Part shown: positions 36,701-51,400 of the stretch, in pieces
How positions within the stretch are numbered: position 1 is the stretch's first letter
How the letters are laid out: every line of letters begins with the position of its first letter
Source: Nymphaea colorata
Taxonomy: Eukaryota
Length of the DNA: 64,000 nucleotides
Reading direction: 5' to 3'
Assembly: GCF_008831285.2 (NCBI RefSeq)
Contig: NC_045138.2
Span: forward strand, 9,176,001 to 9,240,000
Program-made: the position numbers and the translations under genes
Notes under the pieces: generated by a model
The model's input: only the letters and a program-made list of their open reading frames with translations
Database searches by the model: none
Told to the model about the DNA's origin: nothing

Positions 36701-39700
36701 TTTTCTTGTTGTTGTGGATTGCACTAGCACGGTCTTGCAACTTCTTCAACTCTCGAGCTTTTTCTGTAGAAACACTTTTACATGCTCGAATTTCAAAACC
36801 TGACAATTTCAACAAATGTGCCTTAACTCTTGTGTAAGATCTTATAAATGTAACTTGACAATATCCACATACAAAACACACATTTCCACCACCATTGCTT
36901 ACATCTTTTGTGACCGCTTTGATTTCTTTCCATAGTGGTTGTTCTTCATTTGCATATGCTTCACCAGGTTGTGAAGATGACCTTGAGGCATTAATATCAT
37001 TCACACTAGATGAAGAACCTACTGCAGGAGAATCCGAAACGACTTATATTCCTTTTGTCTGCCATCTTCTACCTTCAAAATGAAAAATTTCAAATATAAC
37101 AAATTAACAACGTTTAATAACTTATAAGTTACACACCGGCTACACAAGAATGTAAGAAAAGTTTTTTGAGCATTAAAAGTAGTTCTTCATGTAACGTCAC
37201 TCATAATTGTCTACTGTGACAGTTAGATGACAAAAGTAGATCAAAAGAACCAGAAATTTCATAGTAAAACTATACAAATAGATGGTAAATGTAAGTTGTA
37301 TACATGATATTGCAGGGGCAGAACCAGGATTTTTTCAAGGGCGGGCCAAACGGTGCGCGGGTCGGACCAAGAGGAGCAATGAGTCGGGCCAATAAAAAAA
37401 CTTTTTTCCTGCGCTCACTCGGGCCATGGCCCAGGCGGGCCCCCCCTCCCTCCGCCCCTGTGATATTGTATTAGAAAGGATAGCCGTTTTAGAATTTGTA
37501 TCTACCTATGACATGGTGGCTAATCCTTTACAAAACCAATAGCTAAAGACTAAGATATGATTCACAACATGTCAACAAGAGAAGGATCTGCCTTCAGGGC
37601 TGCATTCACATATCTAACAATATTAGTAAATTTTGTTATTTTTATGCCATGCATCTGAGTGAATGTTGAATATCAAGTTCATCAGGATGAGGCAGTATAA
37701 TGCAGACACAAAACAATGACATATGCTATCAAAAGAAATAGATTGCGTTTTTGATGGCTCTAATACTCATGAGAAAATGCGCATCAAGCGGCACATCATA
37801 AGCTGTAGTACATGTGGGATATAACTGAAAAGTTCTAACACATAAAACAATGTTCTCTTAAAAACTGAATTAACAAAGACAAAAGCACCTAGCGCCACAT
37901 CATAAGCAACGAGCCAGCCATATATCATAGCCAATGTAAGCCATTGTTTTCAAGCTCATAGAAACGATCAAGTGTAAAAAAATGAAATCAAAATTTCTAT
38001 GAGATGAAGCTACATAGGGTCCCCAATTTTTCCCATGATGCTTAGCAGAAGCAAGATAATCAATAATTCTTTGTAGTAGAAAGTTAGGAAGGGACAAGAG
38101 GTTCTGACCTGATCTCAAAGTTAGTGTTGAAGATAAGGACCGCCGGTGGAGGGAGAAGACGGAGAGAGAGCAGTGTATGCCATCGGTGGAGGTACAAGAC
38201 GACGAGAGAGCAACGGACGCCAGACAAAGTGGATGTTGCTGATGGAGGTAGAAGACAGAGAGAGAGAGTAGCAGACGTCGGACGGAGAGGATGCCATTGG
38301 TGGAGGTAGAAGACGGAGAGAGAGCAACGGATGTTGGACGGAGAGGATGCCGCCGGTGGATGGAGAGAGCAGCAGACACCGGACGGAGAGGATGCCTCCG
38401 GTGGAGGTAGAAACGGGAGAGAGCAGTGGACGGAGAGAGAGAGTAGCGGATGTTGGACGGAGAGGATGCTGCCGGTGGATGGAGAGAGCAGCGGACACCG
38501 GACACAGAGGATGCCGGCGGTGGAGGTAGAAGACGGGGGAGAGCAGTGGACGGAGAGAGAGCAGCTAGAAGGGCACGGTCGATCGTGCCCTAAATCGAGT
38601 TTCACATGAATAAAAGTAAAAAAAACCAAAAAATGACCAAAATATCCATGACGCGGTTTGACCGCACCTGACTCGTATTTCACATGAGTCAAGTGTGCGT
38701 CTAGATTTGATGAAAATAGTTGGGTGCTGCTGACTGCACCCGACTTGTTGATTATGTGTGGGTGCAAATCTTGGTGCGTTACCAAAAACACAACACCTGT
38801 GTGAAGTTGATCCAGTTCCATGTATGAATCTTTGTCCTGCTATCATGAATCCTCATAGAATCAAATCAAATCCATGTTTCTAATTTTGGGGTGTGCATTA
38901 TTATTGTGATAGTCTGCACTTCATTGTTCTCAATTGTCATGATGGTCATTTTTGTCAAGACTGTGAATATGGCAGCAGGAGTGTATCAATTTAAACTTCT
39001 TAAAACCAGAGTCATGATTCTAGTCATTTATGCCCTCTTCCCTCTGTAAGATTTATGTCACCACCAGATGGAATTAAAGAAGACACGAGAGGAAGAGGAG
39101 AGAACAAGTTTGTATGAGGAAAGAGAAGAAAAGAAGGGCCTTAGGGTTAGCACCCGCCCCTTTGATTTACTTAGAACTAATCACACTTAATAGTTACAAA
39201 TAAAATACCCAAAAGAATAATAGATATTACAAGTTTGTCACAGCCCATGTGCTTTAGGTGTGTGGTGAAAATGGGTCGGACTTGACTCGACCTAAACCCA
39301 AACCTTAACTTAACAGCCCCCCTCAAGTTGTGCATAAGGTTTGATCATGTACAACTTGTTTTTCAGTTCCCAGAACTGGTGCCCTAGAAATGATGCCCTG
39401 TGAGACCCTTGGTAAATAGATCAACCACTTGTTGAGATATGAGTATATAAGTAGGAATAATTTCGCGCTCCTTAACCTTTTGGGCTCTGGCGAATAAAAT
39501 GTTGATCAATCTCTATATGCTTAGTGCAATTGTGCAAGATAAGATTGAAAATAATTTTGATGGCACTTTGGTTATCACAAAATAGAGATGACCGAGCAAT
39601 AGGAAGGGAGAGTTCTCCAAGAAGGTGATGCAACCATGAAGCTTCTGCTGTCCCGACAGCCATGACCTTATATTCTGATCATGTTTGATCTGGCAACTAC

Positions 39701-42389
39701 GCGTCTTCTTCTGCTGCTCCAACAAACAAGGTTAGAGTCAAGGAAGATACAATAACCTGAAACTGACCGTCTGTCATCTGGGTCGCGTGCCCAATCTGTA
39801 TCTGTATAAGTGGAAATAATGTGTTCATCCAAAACGGTTGACTTCCATGTGTAGATGAGTCCATCTCCGAGAGTAGCCTTAAGATTGCGAAAATACGTTT
39901 AATAGCATCCGTATGTCCTTCTGTGGGTGCGCGCATAAATTGAAAGACTTAATTTACTGCATACACTATGTTTGGGGTTGTAAATGTGAGATATTGCAAC
40001 ATGCCAACTATACTCCGATAAAAACTAGAATTTGAGTATGAATCACTCGGCATTCAATTTTGTGTTGAGAACACTAGGAGTGTTAATGAGCTTGCAATTG
40101 AAAACAATTGCAGCCTATGTCACTGGTATGGGTACGAGTACGTGGAAGCAGGTACAGAAGACAATTCTAGAAAATCTTGGTATGGGGTACGGCAAAAAAA
40201 AAAAATGTATATATATATATATATATATAATATAATATAAAAACACATCATTAAACCAATTTTTAATAGTCCCTCTCATAATTTCTACATATAATCTCAT
40301 AAAATATAAATAAACTAACAAAAATATGGTTAAAATGTAAGAAAAAAAGGTCTGGACCAGTTCTAACCCGGAACTGATCCAAACGTACCACCACTGTACC
40401 GCCATACCAGCATTGACATACTGCCGTATTGGTACTGGTATGTGGGCATAACCCACGTACCATTTGGACTTAGATTGCAGCTCATCACATTCTAATTTGA
40501 AATGTTTTGAACATTGAAAGGCCTTCTTTTTGCATTGTGCATTTCCTTATTGACAATCCTAAACAAGTTTTATCCTGCATGACTTGAAAAAGAGAGAAAT
40601 GTTTAATCTCATAGTTAGTTGCTTTAAAAATTTAACATTGGGTGTAACTTATCAGTTGTGCTGTCTCTATGATATATAGGCAATTCGCCCTCTGATATGT
40701 GAAGTTATATGTTGTCAACAATCTTCATATTCTTGCATATCTGTTTTTTTTTTTTATTAATCTCTGTCACTTTATTCATTGTTGGATCCATGGACAAGGT
40801 TAACCTTGTTGACCCTTACAGGTGATAAATGCTAATGTCAAGAGCATCGAAGATCATGGATATATTCTTCATCTTGGATCATCATCATTTTCTGGATTTC
40901 TACCACGATCAGATGGAAATGGTGAATGTCTTTGAAAATTGTTTTTTCTCTTACTCGTATATGCTTTACTTTTTGTCTTTGAAAATTGTTTTTTCTCTTA
41001 CTCGTATATGCTTTACTTTTATTTGTTAGTGTTCCTATTTCATGTATCATTACATTGAATCATAGTCATGAATGTTCACTTCTGCTGTATTGTCACTATT
41101 TCAATGCCAGTTGATAATATTTGTAAAATATCATGATATGCAGCGGGGCTGCGGGGGTGTGTGTACTCGTGCTTTTTTCTTTTTATAATTGAGAAAGTCA
41201 TGAATAACTGCCTAAGTTTAAACTTAGTCGTGAAAAACCACTTAATTTTTCATATAGTAAAGTAGCAACTCTTGTTTAAAAACAAACTTTTAAACAACAA
41301 TTTCCGGTTACTTCAGTTGCCCTACATTGGTCAGATCATGGTTATGCCTTCTTAATTGATCAACTTTCTCTCCTGCCACCTATAGAAATGTCCGAGTAAA
41401 GCCGACTAGTGGAAGTTTTGATGTTCTCACCTTTGCATGCGCCTCATCTGTCCATCTGGTGTTCCGAAACTCATTTCTACTGATTATTGGAGTACCATGA
41501 CCAAACAGTAGTCTAATCCTCTTAGAGGTGTAAAAAAAAAACTCATGAATTGGAACTATTTAAATTAATAAAAATGAAAAAAAAATTCTCTACTGAAAGC
41601 CAACTCCATTGGAAAACCTTTGGGACAACAAAACTATTGATGTACATGATTGAATAATGAATATCAGACTAGAGATTTCTCTGAACAAGAAGTGCCCAAA
41701 GAAAATTTGCCAAAACCCTGTTGCATCTCATAATGAAACAAACAAACACAAAAGAAGAGAGAGGAAGCTTCAAACAAACCCAGCCTAAATTAGATAAAAT
41801 CATATGATAATATGAATGCAAGTCTTCTTTCAGAAAAATTCACAGGCCTATTTGTCTTGGGGCATGTGATTTGGACTCTAAGGCATACACTTTCAACAAT
41901 TTTGTGGAATTATTATTAGATGAATGACTGTCAAACTTTATTTTTACATTTTCACCAACCTTTAGAACTCAATTAAAATTAGTTCATTGTACAGAATAAA
42001 ACCATCCAAGAGTCAGCTTAGTGAAAAGAGCAGGCAAATTAAAATATTATTGTGTCTACAATATTGTTTCTCCTGTGAGTGTGTTTTGCACTATGCTGAG
42101 ATTTTTCAAACATTTTCGGATATGAACCAAATGTTGCAACTACTGTGAGATGTACACGTGCCAAAAGATTATAGAAAATAAGATCTGACTTGTGAGTACA
42201 TGGATATGTGCTATATACTACATTGCATGGACAGTGGACAAGTGTACAGAATATTAGACAACATTTGAAGAATTAGACACTTGGACGTGACTATAAAATG
42301 TGACACATGGGAGGACGGGAAAGGTTGGGGTCTGTTCAGATTTTTACGTTAAGTAGAGCTGCCTACCTATCCTTCTTTTGCTCCATTTA

Positions 42390-42445
<56 letters not shown>

Positions 42446-45400
42446 TTTCTGTTCCTTATTTAATGAAAGTGAAATATACACGTAGTTTTAAAGGGTTCCA
42501 ACGATATTTTTTCCTTATGTGGCAAGAGATACACAACTATATTTTTGGAAACCTTGTATTTGAAAAGCAACAGGTGTTGTAAAAATTGGTTCCTGAACTG
42601 AATTGGCAGGGTGGCCGATTGGTGAATTAGCTGATTCATCAATTCAGCTGAATTGATTATGAATCAGCCAGAAACATTAAAGAAATCATTTATAAAAAAT
42701 GAAAAATATATACAATTCAGTTAAAAATAAAAAGAGAATTTAAAATTATTAAAAAAGATGGTTAAAAGGTGATATGTGGCATCCTTGAATCAGCGATCAA
42801 ATGAATTGATTAGCCACCCACTCGATCCAAATCAGCTAATTCAGATCAATTCTGACAACGTCCAAAGGAACTGTGCTGGCGTGTTTAGGTGTGCTAATGT
42901 TCGTGCCATTGTGGTTTCATTGTTTCGACAGTTCCTTTATTGACACCTCATGGTTTTGATATTTTCCATGTAATTAGGCTATATTATGAAATTCCTTTGA
43001 CAATGTTGAAACTTGAATGAATTATGAGTCTCTTGTATGGATAGCAGAAGAAGTTGGAAATATTAATGTGACAACGTTGCTACTTATGTTGCTACAGAGA
43101 AAGGAGATAATAGCATTGGAAAGGGACAACTTTTGCAAGTTGTGGTTTCAAATGTTGATAAAGTTCGGAAAGTCGTTTCATTCAAACCATCTCTAAACTA
43201 TTTATGCATAAATTTAGTAAGTCTGTTTCTCTTGAACCCTGTTTGTCCTGTGCATTTATGTGTCTCCATGGGTTATTTGCTTTAGATAACCTTTGAGATC
43301 TTTTTTACTTTTTACTTTTAACATATGGATGCTAGACAACCTTGGTGCAGGTGAATGTCTTGGATCGTTTCAATCTTGATGCATCTGATCTGCAAGTCAT
43401 GATGTCCTTTTATTTACTAGATTGAAAGATCTAGGACTTTGTGATTATGCCCCTTACCTCTTTCTGCAAAAGCCCATGTTGTTTGAGAAAAATAGAAAGA
43501 GGAAGATGTTTAACCATGTTAATAGATGGAGGAATGCTTCTTCTCTGGTTGGTGGTTTCACTGTTTGCTGTCTGGAGTGGCAACTATGCATCCACATGTT
43601 TATGTGCATGTACTATCCTTTGAAATAACTGTTGCACTTAGTTGGATGCTATACTTAAAAATAGAGGAACACTTCTTCTTCGCTGGTGGCTGTTTATCAA
43701 TTTCTGTCAGGAGTATCAGCTCTGCATCTATATGTTCTATGTGCATGTAGTATTATGGGCTAACTGTTGCCCTTATTTAGATGCTATACTTAGTTTACTC
43801 TCTTTTTGAGTCACAGTTTTGAAGATTGTTACTTCTGTTGGTTGATTGCTTTATTCGATTCTTTTCCTACAGACTAAGGAGTATAGAGGCCTCTCAGTCG
43901 ATCTATTATTTCCTGGCATGTTGGTTGAGGCTCATTTGAAATCAGTTCTGGCAAATGGGGTTCTTGTATCATTTCTAACGTATTTTACAGGAACTGTGAG
44001 TGGACAAACCAGTATGTCGTTCAATTATTTCAATTATTTGCACTATGTTTCTAAGTATAAAAAATTGTGTCCTCTGGTATCAATTCTGGTTGAATTATGT
44101 AGACATGGCTATTAGTTCTTATCTATTGAATATTCGCAGGTTGATATTTTTAACTTGGAAAATCTCTTCCTCAAATCTTCCTGGAAAGATATGTATCACA
44201 TTGGTATGAGGGTGAGTCTCTCCCTCTCTCTCTCACTTGTCTTCATGTATGAACATATAACTAGGCTGTAGTATTTTATTGCAACATTGCTGGATACCAT
44301 GAGCTTAGAAAAAAAGGAAAAAAAAACTAAAAAAGCAAAAGTTTAATTTTTAGTGTAAGATAATGAAAGTCTGGTGTGGTTCTAGGGCCTCAGGTTAGTG
44401 TTATGTCACATAGGTACGGGTATGGGTGTGGGTGCAGGTGTATGAGTACGAACCATTTTTTCAAAAACCTTGGGTGTGGGGGTACGGAAAAACAATGAAA
44501 ATGTATAATATCAATGATTCAACATAAACAAGTAAACACCACATGCGTCTAATATCAAACACAATTAAATGAAACTAATATCAAATATATGTATGTACGT
44601 TAGACTATAAAATATATGTGTACTAACGACTATAAATATATTTGCAAACTTAGCACAAGGAATAAACCACGGTAAGGAATCATTGGTGTAAGCATTCAGG
44701 CTTCACCAATGATTCCCAGTCAGTCATCTCCAGCAGACCAGCACTAGTATGAAGGGCAAAAAAAGCCCAAATCGGCAGCTGTTCTCATAATTGTTGTTTG
44801 AACTTGGACGGAGCAGTTCAAACTTGAGACGAGGAAAGGGACAGATGCTCAGTTATTTTATGAAAACATGATAAAATGTAAAAGAGAGGTTGCCGGAAAA
44901 AACCTGCCGTTAGATGATGGGATACACTGTCAGACGATGGGAGTGGCTGCCGGATAAACAGGAAGCTTAAAAGCTGAAGCTTCAACAGAAAAAAAAAAAG
45001 CCCAAATCAGGCTTTGGAGAAGTCGGAGAAGTTGGAATACCACAATAGCTGTGTGGCCCTTCGCCCTAGACGTCTCTTTTCGTTGGAAAACTCGAACGGG
45101 TGCTGGACATGGATGGATGGAGCAGCACAAGTCACCAGTTTTCTTCTGGCGCTGCTGTTGAGGGCAATACGAAGGGCCCTCGACGGGCCTTGTGTTCTGT
45201 TTAAACATAAAGAAAAAACCTAATTTAAGAATGATTTTGGACACTGTTAACTTTGACAGAGTCTGAAAAATAACGATACGTACTCAGGTACGTTGACCAT
45301 ATCCGGTACGGTTAAACACGTACTGGGACACACCCGAGTTTGTACTACTGCTCTTAAATAGCAGTGCCCGTGTTAGACAGGACTCCTGAAAATACAATAA

Positions 45401-48400
45401 CATTTTAAGTTGGAATATTAAAAAAAAACTCATGTGTGTTGATTCTGGTAGTGCTTCATGTATAATAATTAGCTTTTTTGTCTTGTTCAAATCATCCTGG
45501 TAATACTGTGTTGCAAATGGGGAAAAGTTCGGTTGAGGTATGTTGCTTTACACAATTCACTTTCTCCAATTTATGAATGTTTGGCCAATAATATATCCCT
45601 GTGGAGGAACATAAATTTGGCTTGCTGACATGCAAATGATGCCCAATATTCTTTCTGTTGCAGCCTTGCGACGTGGAGAGAGAGAGAAAGCGTTGAAGAC
45701 GTGAGAGTTGGGGAGAGAAAACGTAATCTATTCACTAACCCTAATCTCTATTATAAAGAGATTAGGGTAGAAAGGAGATTTACAGAGTACATCAATCTAA
45801 AATAAAGAAAATATTAAAGAGATCTTATAACTCTTTAATATTACAAAGAACCACCTAGAAACATAAACTCCTCTAATTTCAACACTCCCCCTCAAGCTTG
45901 CCACAACATTTAGAGAAATCACCAATAGGGAGAGCTTTGGTGAAAACATCCGCAACTTGATCTTCTAAAGGAACATGAATACTGGCAATGGTTCCTGCTT
46001 GAACGAGATCCCGAATGTAATGGCAGTTAACTTCAATATGTTTGGTTCTCTCGTGGAAAACTAGATTGTTTGCAATGTATGTGGCTGCTCGATTGTCACA
46101 ATACATCTTCATAGGAAGTGGAATCGACACACTTAGGCTAGATAACATGGATCTAGCCCAAGTCATTTCTGCTGCAGTTTGAGCCATAGTTCTGTATTCG
46201 GATTCTGCACTAGATCTTGACACTACGCCTTGTTTTTTGCTTCTCCATGATATGACGTTGCCTCCCACAAATACACAAAATCCTGTGGTAGACTTCCTGT
46301 CTTCGATTGAGCCAGCATAGTCGGCATCACTATAGGCTTCCACTTTCAGGGTCTTGCCTTTTGTGAACAAAAAGGCCTTTGCCAGGAGACGATTTCAGAT
46401 ATTTAACCACCATCAAGGCAACATCCCAATGAACTTTCTTGGGTTTTTCCATAAATTGACTTAGCTTTCCCACTGCAAATCTAATGTATGGTCTTGTCAC
46501 AGTAACATAGAGTAGTTTTCCAATAAGGGACCTGTAGGTTCGAGAATCCACTAATTCTGTTTGGTCATCATGAAGGTGTATACGTGGATTCATAGGTAAA
46601 TTAGCTGGTTTAGCTCCTAGCATCCCTGTGTCCTGCAATAAATCAAGAACATACTTCCGTTGAGAGAGAACCACACCATCCCTATTGCGAGCAACTTCTA
46701 TTCCCAAGAAATATCGTAATGGACCAAGATCTTTCGTCACAAAGTGTTTTTGAAGAAACAACTTTGCATGAGAAATTTCTTGATCAGAGTCACCTGTTAG
46801 GATAATATCATCAACATAAACCACTAGAACTGTTATACCCCTGAAAGCCTTCTTGATAAATAGAGAATGATCAAGAAGAGATCTCACAAAGCCACACACT
46901 TCGAGACTACCTCAGAGAACTTGTGAAACCATGCACGAGGACTCTGCTTGAGTCCATAAAAAGCTTTCTTCAGCTTGCACACTTTGCCACACTCCTCCTG
47001 TCGTTCAAACCCTAGTGGTTGTTGCATATAGACAGTCTCATTGAGATCACCATACAAAAAGACATTTTTGACATCAAGCTGATACATGTGCCAGTCATGG
47101 TGTACAGCCACAGAAATGATAAGACAAATGGTTCCAAAACTAAGCAACCGGAGAGAAGGTCTCAAAGAAATCCACACCGTAGGTCTGCGTGTAGCCCTCA
47201 GCAACCAACTGAGCTTTGTATCGTTCCATAGAACCATTAGAATTATATTTCACTGTGAATACCCACTTAGAACTGTAGAAACACGAACAAGGAGAGGAAG
47301 GAAACAACGATCACGATGTAACGTGGAAAAAACCCTCAACCAGAGGGAAAAAAACTGCGGATGAGGAGGAGCCGGTGCCCACTAGCCGCCAGACTCTCTC
47401 TCTCTAAGATTTCATTAACATTAAAGATTAGGGTTACAATGCTATAAGTATGCCCTAATAAGGACATACTGGATCGGGTCCAGATCTGGACCCGTATACC
47501 AATAACCTTCAACACTCCCCCTCAAGTTGGGCATACATATCAAAGATGCCCAACTTGGATACATTTCTCTCAAATGAAGTTGAAGATAGAGCTTTCGTCA
47601 GAACGTCAGCGGTTTGGTCTTCAGACTTCATGTAAGGTAAGATCAACTCTTTAGCATCAATCCTTTCACGGATGAAGTGACGATCAATTTCAACATGCTT
47701 TGTTCTGTGATGTAGAACAGAGTTGTTGGCTAAGTTGATGGCAGACTTGTTGTCACAGTACATCTTCATAGGTCCTTCAATCTCTATTCCAATATCAATC
47801 AACAATATTGTCAACCATAGTAACTCTGACACTCCCATAGCAACGGCTCTATATTCTGCCTCTGCACTAGACCGAGAACATACATCCTGTCTCTTACTCC
47901 TCCATACTACAAGGTTTCCTCATAAGTAGACACAGTACCCTGTAGTAGACCGTCTAGTATCAGCACAACCTGCCCAGTCTGCATCAGAATACCCCTCGAT
48001 CTCAACAGTCTCTTGTTTCACATACAAGAGTCCCTTGCCAGGATTTCTCTTCAAATAACATAAAACTCTGTCCACAACCTTTAGATGTGCATCAGTAGGT
48101 GCATGCATAAATTGACTCAATACATTCACTGCAAAGTTAATATCTGGTCTCGTGAGAGTAAGATAGATCAACTTCCCAACCAGACGTTGATATCTTCCCT
48201 TAACTTCTTAACCGAGCAGCTCTCCATCTCTAAGTCTCAACTTGTGTCCTGTGTCAAGTGGGGTAGAAGCAGGTCTACACCCCAATTTACCAGTCTCTTC
48301 CAACAGGTCTAATGTGTATTTCCTTTGGTTTAGCACAAGGCCATTGCTAGATCTAGCAATCTCAATACCAAGGAAATACCTCAGCTTGCCAAGATCCTTG

Positions 48401-51400
48401 AGGTCAAATTCGGTAGCTGGTAACCCTTTTAACTTGATGATCTCCTCCTCTTCATTTCCTGTGACTATCATGTCATCCACATAAACAAGTAGAAGAGTGA
48501 CCCTGCCCTCTTTTTTCTTCACAAATAGAGTGATCTCCATTCCCTTGTTTGTACCCATGATGTTGCATTACTCGTCTCAGTCGTTCGAACCATGCTCTGG
48601 GTGACTGCTTGAGGCCATATAAGGCCTTTTTCAGCTTACAGCACTTCTTCGGTTCTTCATATCCTGGAGGCATATGCATATAGACTTCTTCTTCGAGGTC
48701 ACCATTGAGGAAGGCATTCTTAACATCTAGTTGGTACATTTTCCACTCCTTCATCACGGCTAGGGATATAACAACTCTAACTGTCTTCATTTTCGCAACA
48801 GGAGCAAAGGTCTCCAAGTAGTCAATCCCATATTTTTGGCTAAACCCCTTGGCCACAAGGCGAGCTTTATACCTTTCAACACTTCCATCTGGTTTGTACT
48901 TGATGGTAGACACCCATTTGGATCCAACTAGGTGAGCCGTCTCAGGAATCTTCACAACTTCCCATGTCATGTTTCTTCTCAAGGCTTCCATTTCTTCTTC
49001 CATAACATCAGCCCACTTGGAATCACTTTGAGCTTCAGCAACGGTCCTGAGAATCAAAACCAAGGAAAGAGAAGAAACAAAACACTTGTAATCCTTGCCA
49101 AGTCTGGAATAAGATACAAAATTACCAATAGGGTGTTGAGTACATGACCTGACACCCTTTCTCAGGGCAATGGGAAGATCTTCATTTTTCTTCTCACCTT
49201 CATCTTGAGTCTTCAAGGTAGGACTTGGTTCATCCAAGGAAGGAGTGACATTGGGATTGGTAGTAGATCTCGCACCACAAGTCACATCCTCTGTCCGAGC
49301 ACCTCGTCTAGAGTAGACCTGTGCAACCAAACGATTGCCTTCCTTCTCAATACCAGTGTCACAACCTTCCTCCTTCTCAGCCACATCAACAACAGTGAGA
49401 GGTTCTGCTTTCCTGTAGTCCAAAAAATCTGTAAATTGGAGTTCCTGACTCTGAGAATACTCTTCCCTAACCACAGACTTCTCCCCCTGAAGAGGATTCT
49501 CGCCAAAGTAAGTGGCATGTTCCAAGAAGGTAACATCCCTCGTAACATAAACTCTACCAGTGAGGGGGTCAATACACAATACACCTGTATCCTTTTTGAG
49601 TAGGAGAATACCCAACAAATACACCTTTGATAGACCTGGGATCAAGTTTTTTTATATTGGGGTTGTGATTATGTATAAAACACACACAGCCAAAAACACG
49701 ATGAAGTAGAAATGGTGGACGACTGCCAGGAAGTAATGAATGGGGAGTCCGACCATTCAGAACACGACTTGGCATGCGATTGATGAGATACGCACTAGTG
49801 AGGACAACATCACCCCAATAGTGTTTGGGAAGATTTGTCTGAAACAGAAGGGCCCTGGTGACATTAAGGAGCTGGCGATTTTTCCTTCAGCCACTCCATT
49901 TTGTGGAGGGGTATAACTACAAGAAGTCTCATGAACAATCTCCCTTTGTCGAAGAAAATCCTCAACAGACTGACACATATACTCACGGGCATTATCGGAC
50001 CTGAAGGTTTTAATATTGCCACCATATTGAGTGTGTACAAGAAGGATGAAAGTCTCTATGATATGAGGAACCTCACTGCGATCTTTTAACAAGTACACAA
50101 AGGTAGCCCGAGAATAATCATCAATAAAAGTGATAAAATACTGAAAACCTTGACGGGTATGAATTCCTAAAGGCCCCCACACATCCGAGTGAATCAAAGA
50201 AAAAGCTTCATTAACACAACTAGTAGAAACATGGTACAAAGCCCTCACATGTTTGGCAAACTGACACACATCACAAGAAATCAACGACAAGTTCAAAGAA
50301 GAACACAAATCGGGAAACAACTGTTTCAAAATCCCAAAAAGTAAATGCCCAAAACGTTCATGCCAGTACAAAAAAGACTGAAGACAATCTTCTCTTGTTT
50401 TTCTATCTTGCTAATCGCTGTCATAAGAGCTGTAGCCACATGTATGGGAAGACGGTATAGGCCATCAGACGCCAAACCAATCCCAATCCTCTTCCCTGTC
50501 ACCAAGTTCTACAAAACACAACGGTCGACACAAAAAATAAGTTCACAGTTCAGCTCTTTAGTAAGTTTACTAACTGACAAGAGATTTAAGGGAAACTGGG
50601 GAACATGTAATGCTCCCCGCACATGAAATTTATCCAACAAGGACAGAGTCCCTTCGCCTGCCACAACAGTAGATGAACCATCTGCGAGAGAAACTCGTTC
50701 TCTTTTCGAAGATAACTTATATTCATGAAACAATTTTCGGTTACCTGTCATGTGGTGATTGGCACCACTATCGACAATCCATTCCCCCACAGAAGAATTA
50801 CCTGTATCGCCAATAACTGCAAGAGCTTGATTAGCCTTTGTCTCATCAGGTGTCGCGGCCTGGTTGACATCGATTCGACCCAAGTAGGCCCTCAGTTCAC
50901 GAAGCTGGTCAGCAGAAATGGAGACTTTTTCTCCACTGGATGTTTGCACCTCAGACACAGGCGTCCTCTCAATAGAAGACCTCCCTTTGTTTCCCTTCTT
51001 CTCTGGATGAAGATCCCAACAATAATCCACGGTGTGACCAGTCTTCTTGCAGTGAGTGCACCGGCGAAGGGATCTAGACGGGTCGCCAGAACCACGACTC
51101 ACAAGAGCGGATCTCTCATGATAGGGCACAAGTTCTCTGTTCCCCTCATTTGTAACAAGCTTTCTCTGTTCTTCCGCTTCAACACAGTACACATCTTCAA
51201 TACTGGACACCTCTCCTGAATTCAGAATCTGGCTTCTAACACCTTCAAACTCATCATTTAAACCTACTAAAAAGAGGAACACCCTGTTTTCCCATTCATG
51301 AGCAACATAAACCTGCTAAAAAGAGGAACACCCTGTCTTGGGGACAATGCCAAGGAATATCAGAATGATAGTCAAGCTCTTCCCACTTGGCTTTCAAAGC

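Larger units (their letters stand above)
32444..38809 (-). mobile_element. hAT DNA transposon X with decayed transposase (BED finger, DUF659-type core, dimerisation domain), in RRP5 intron 4
   Basis: 8-bp TSD atccagtt (32436-32443 / 38810-38817); imperfect TIRs ctatgtcacataggtg / cacctgtgtgaagttg. Minus-strand PLWK...CGYCQ.....[10 protein letters not shown] (36603-37004), [17 protein letters not shown] (~36340-36400), SSCCER...[20 protein letters not shown] (~33020-33150). Confidence 0.92.

Noticed and set aside
37900..38821. Long ORFs (201 and 245 aa) and a CRISPR-like repeat array
   Set aside because: The ORFs are low-complexity translations of a minisatellite. The repeats are degenerate with no unique spacers, there are no cas genes, and the context is a plant transposon.
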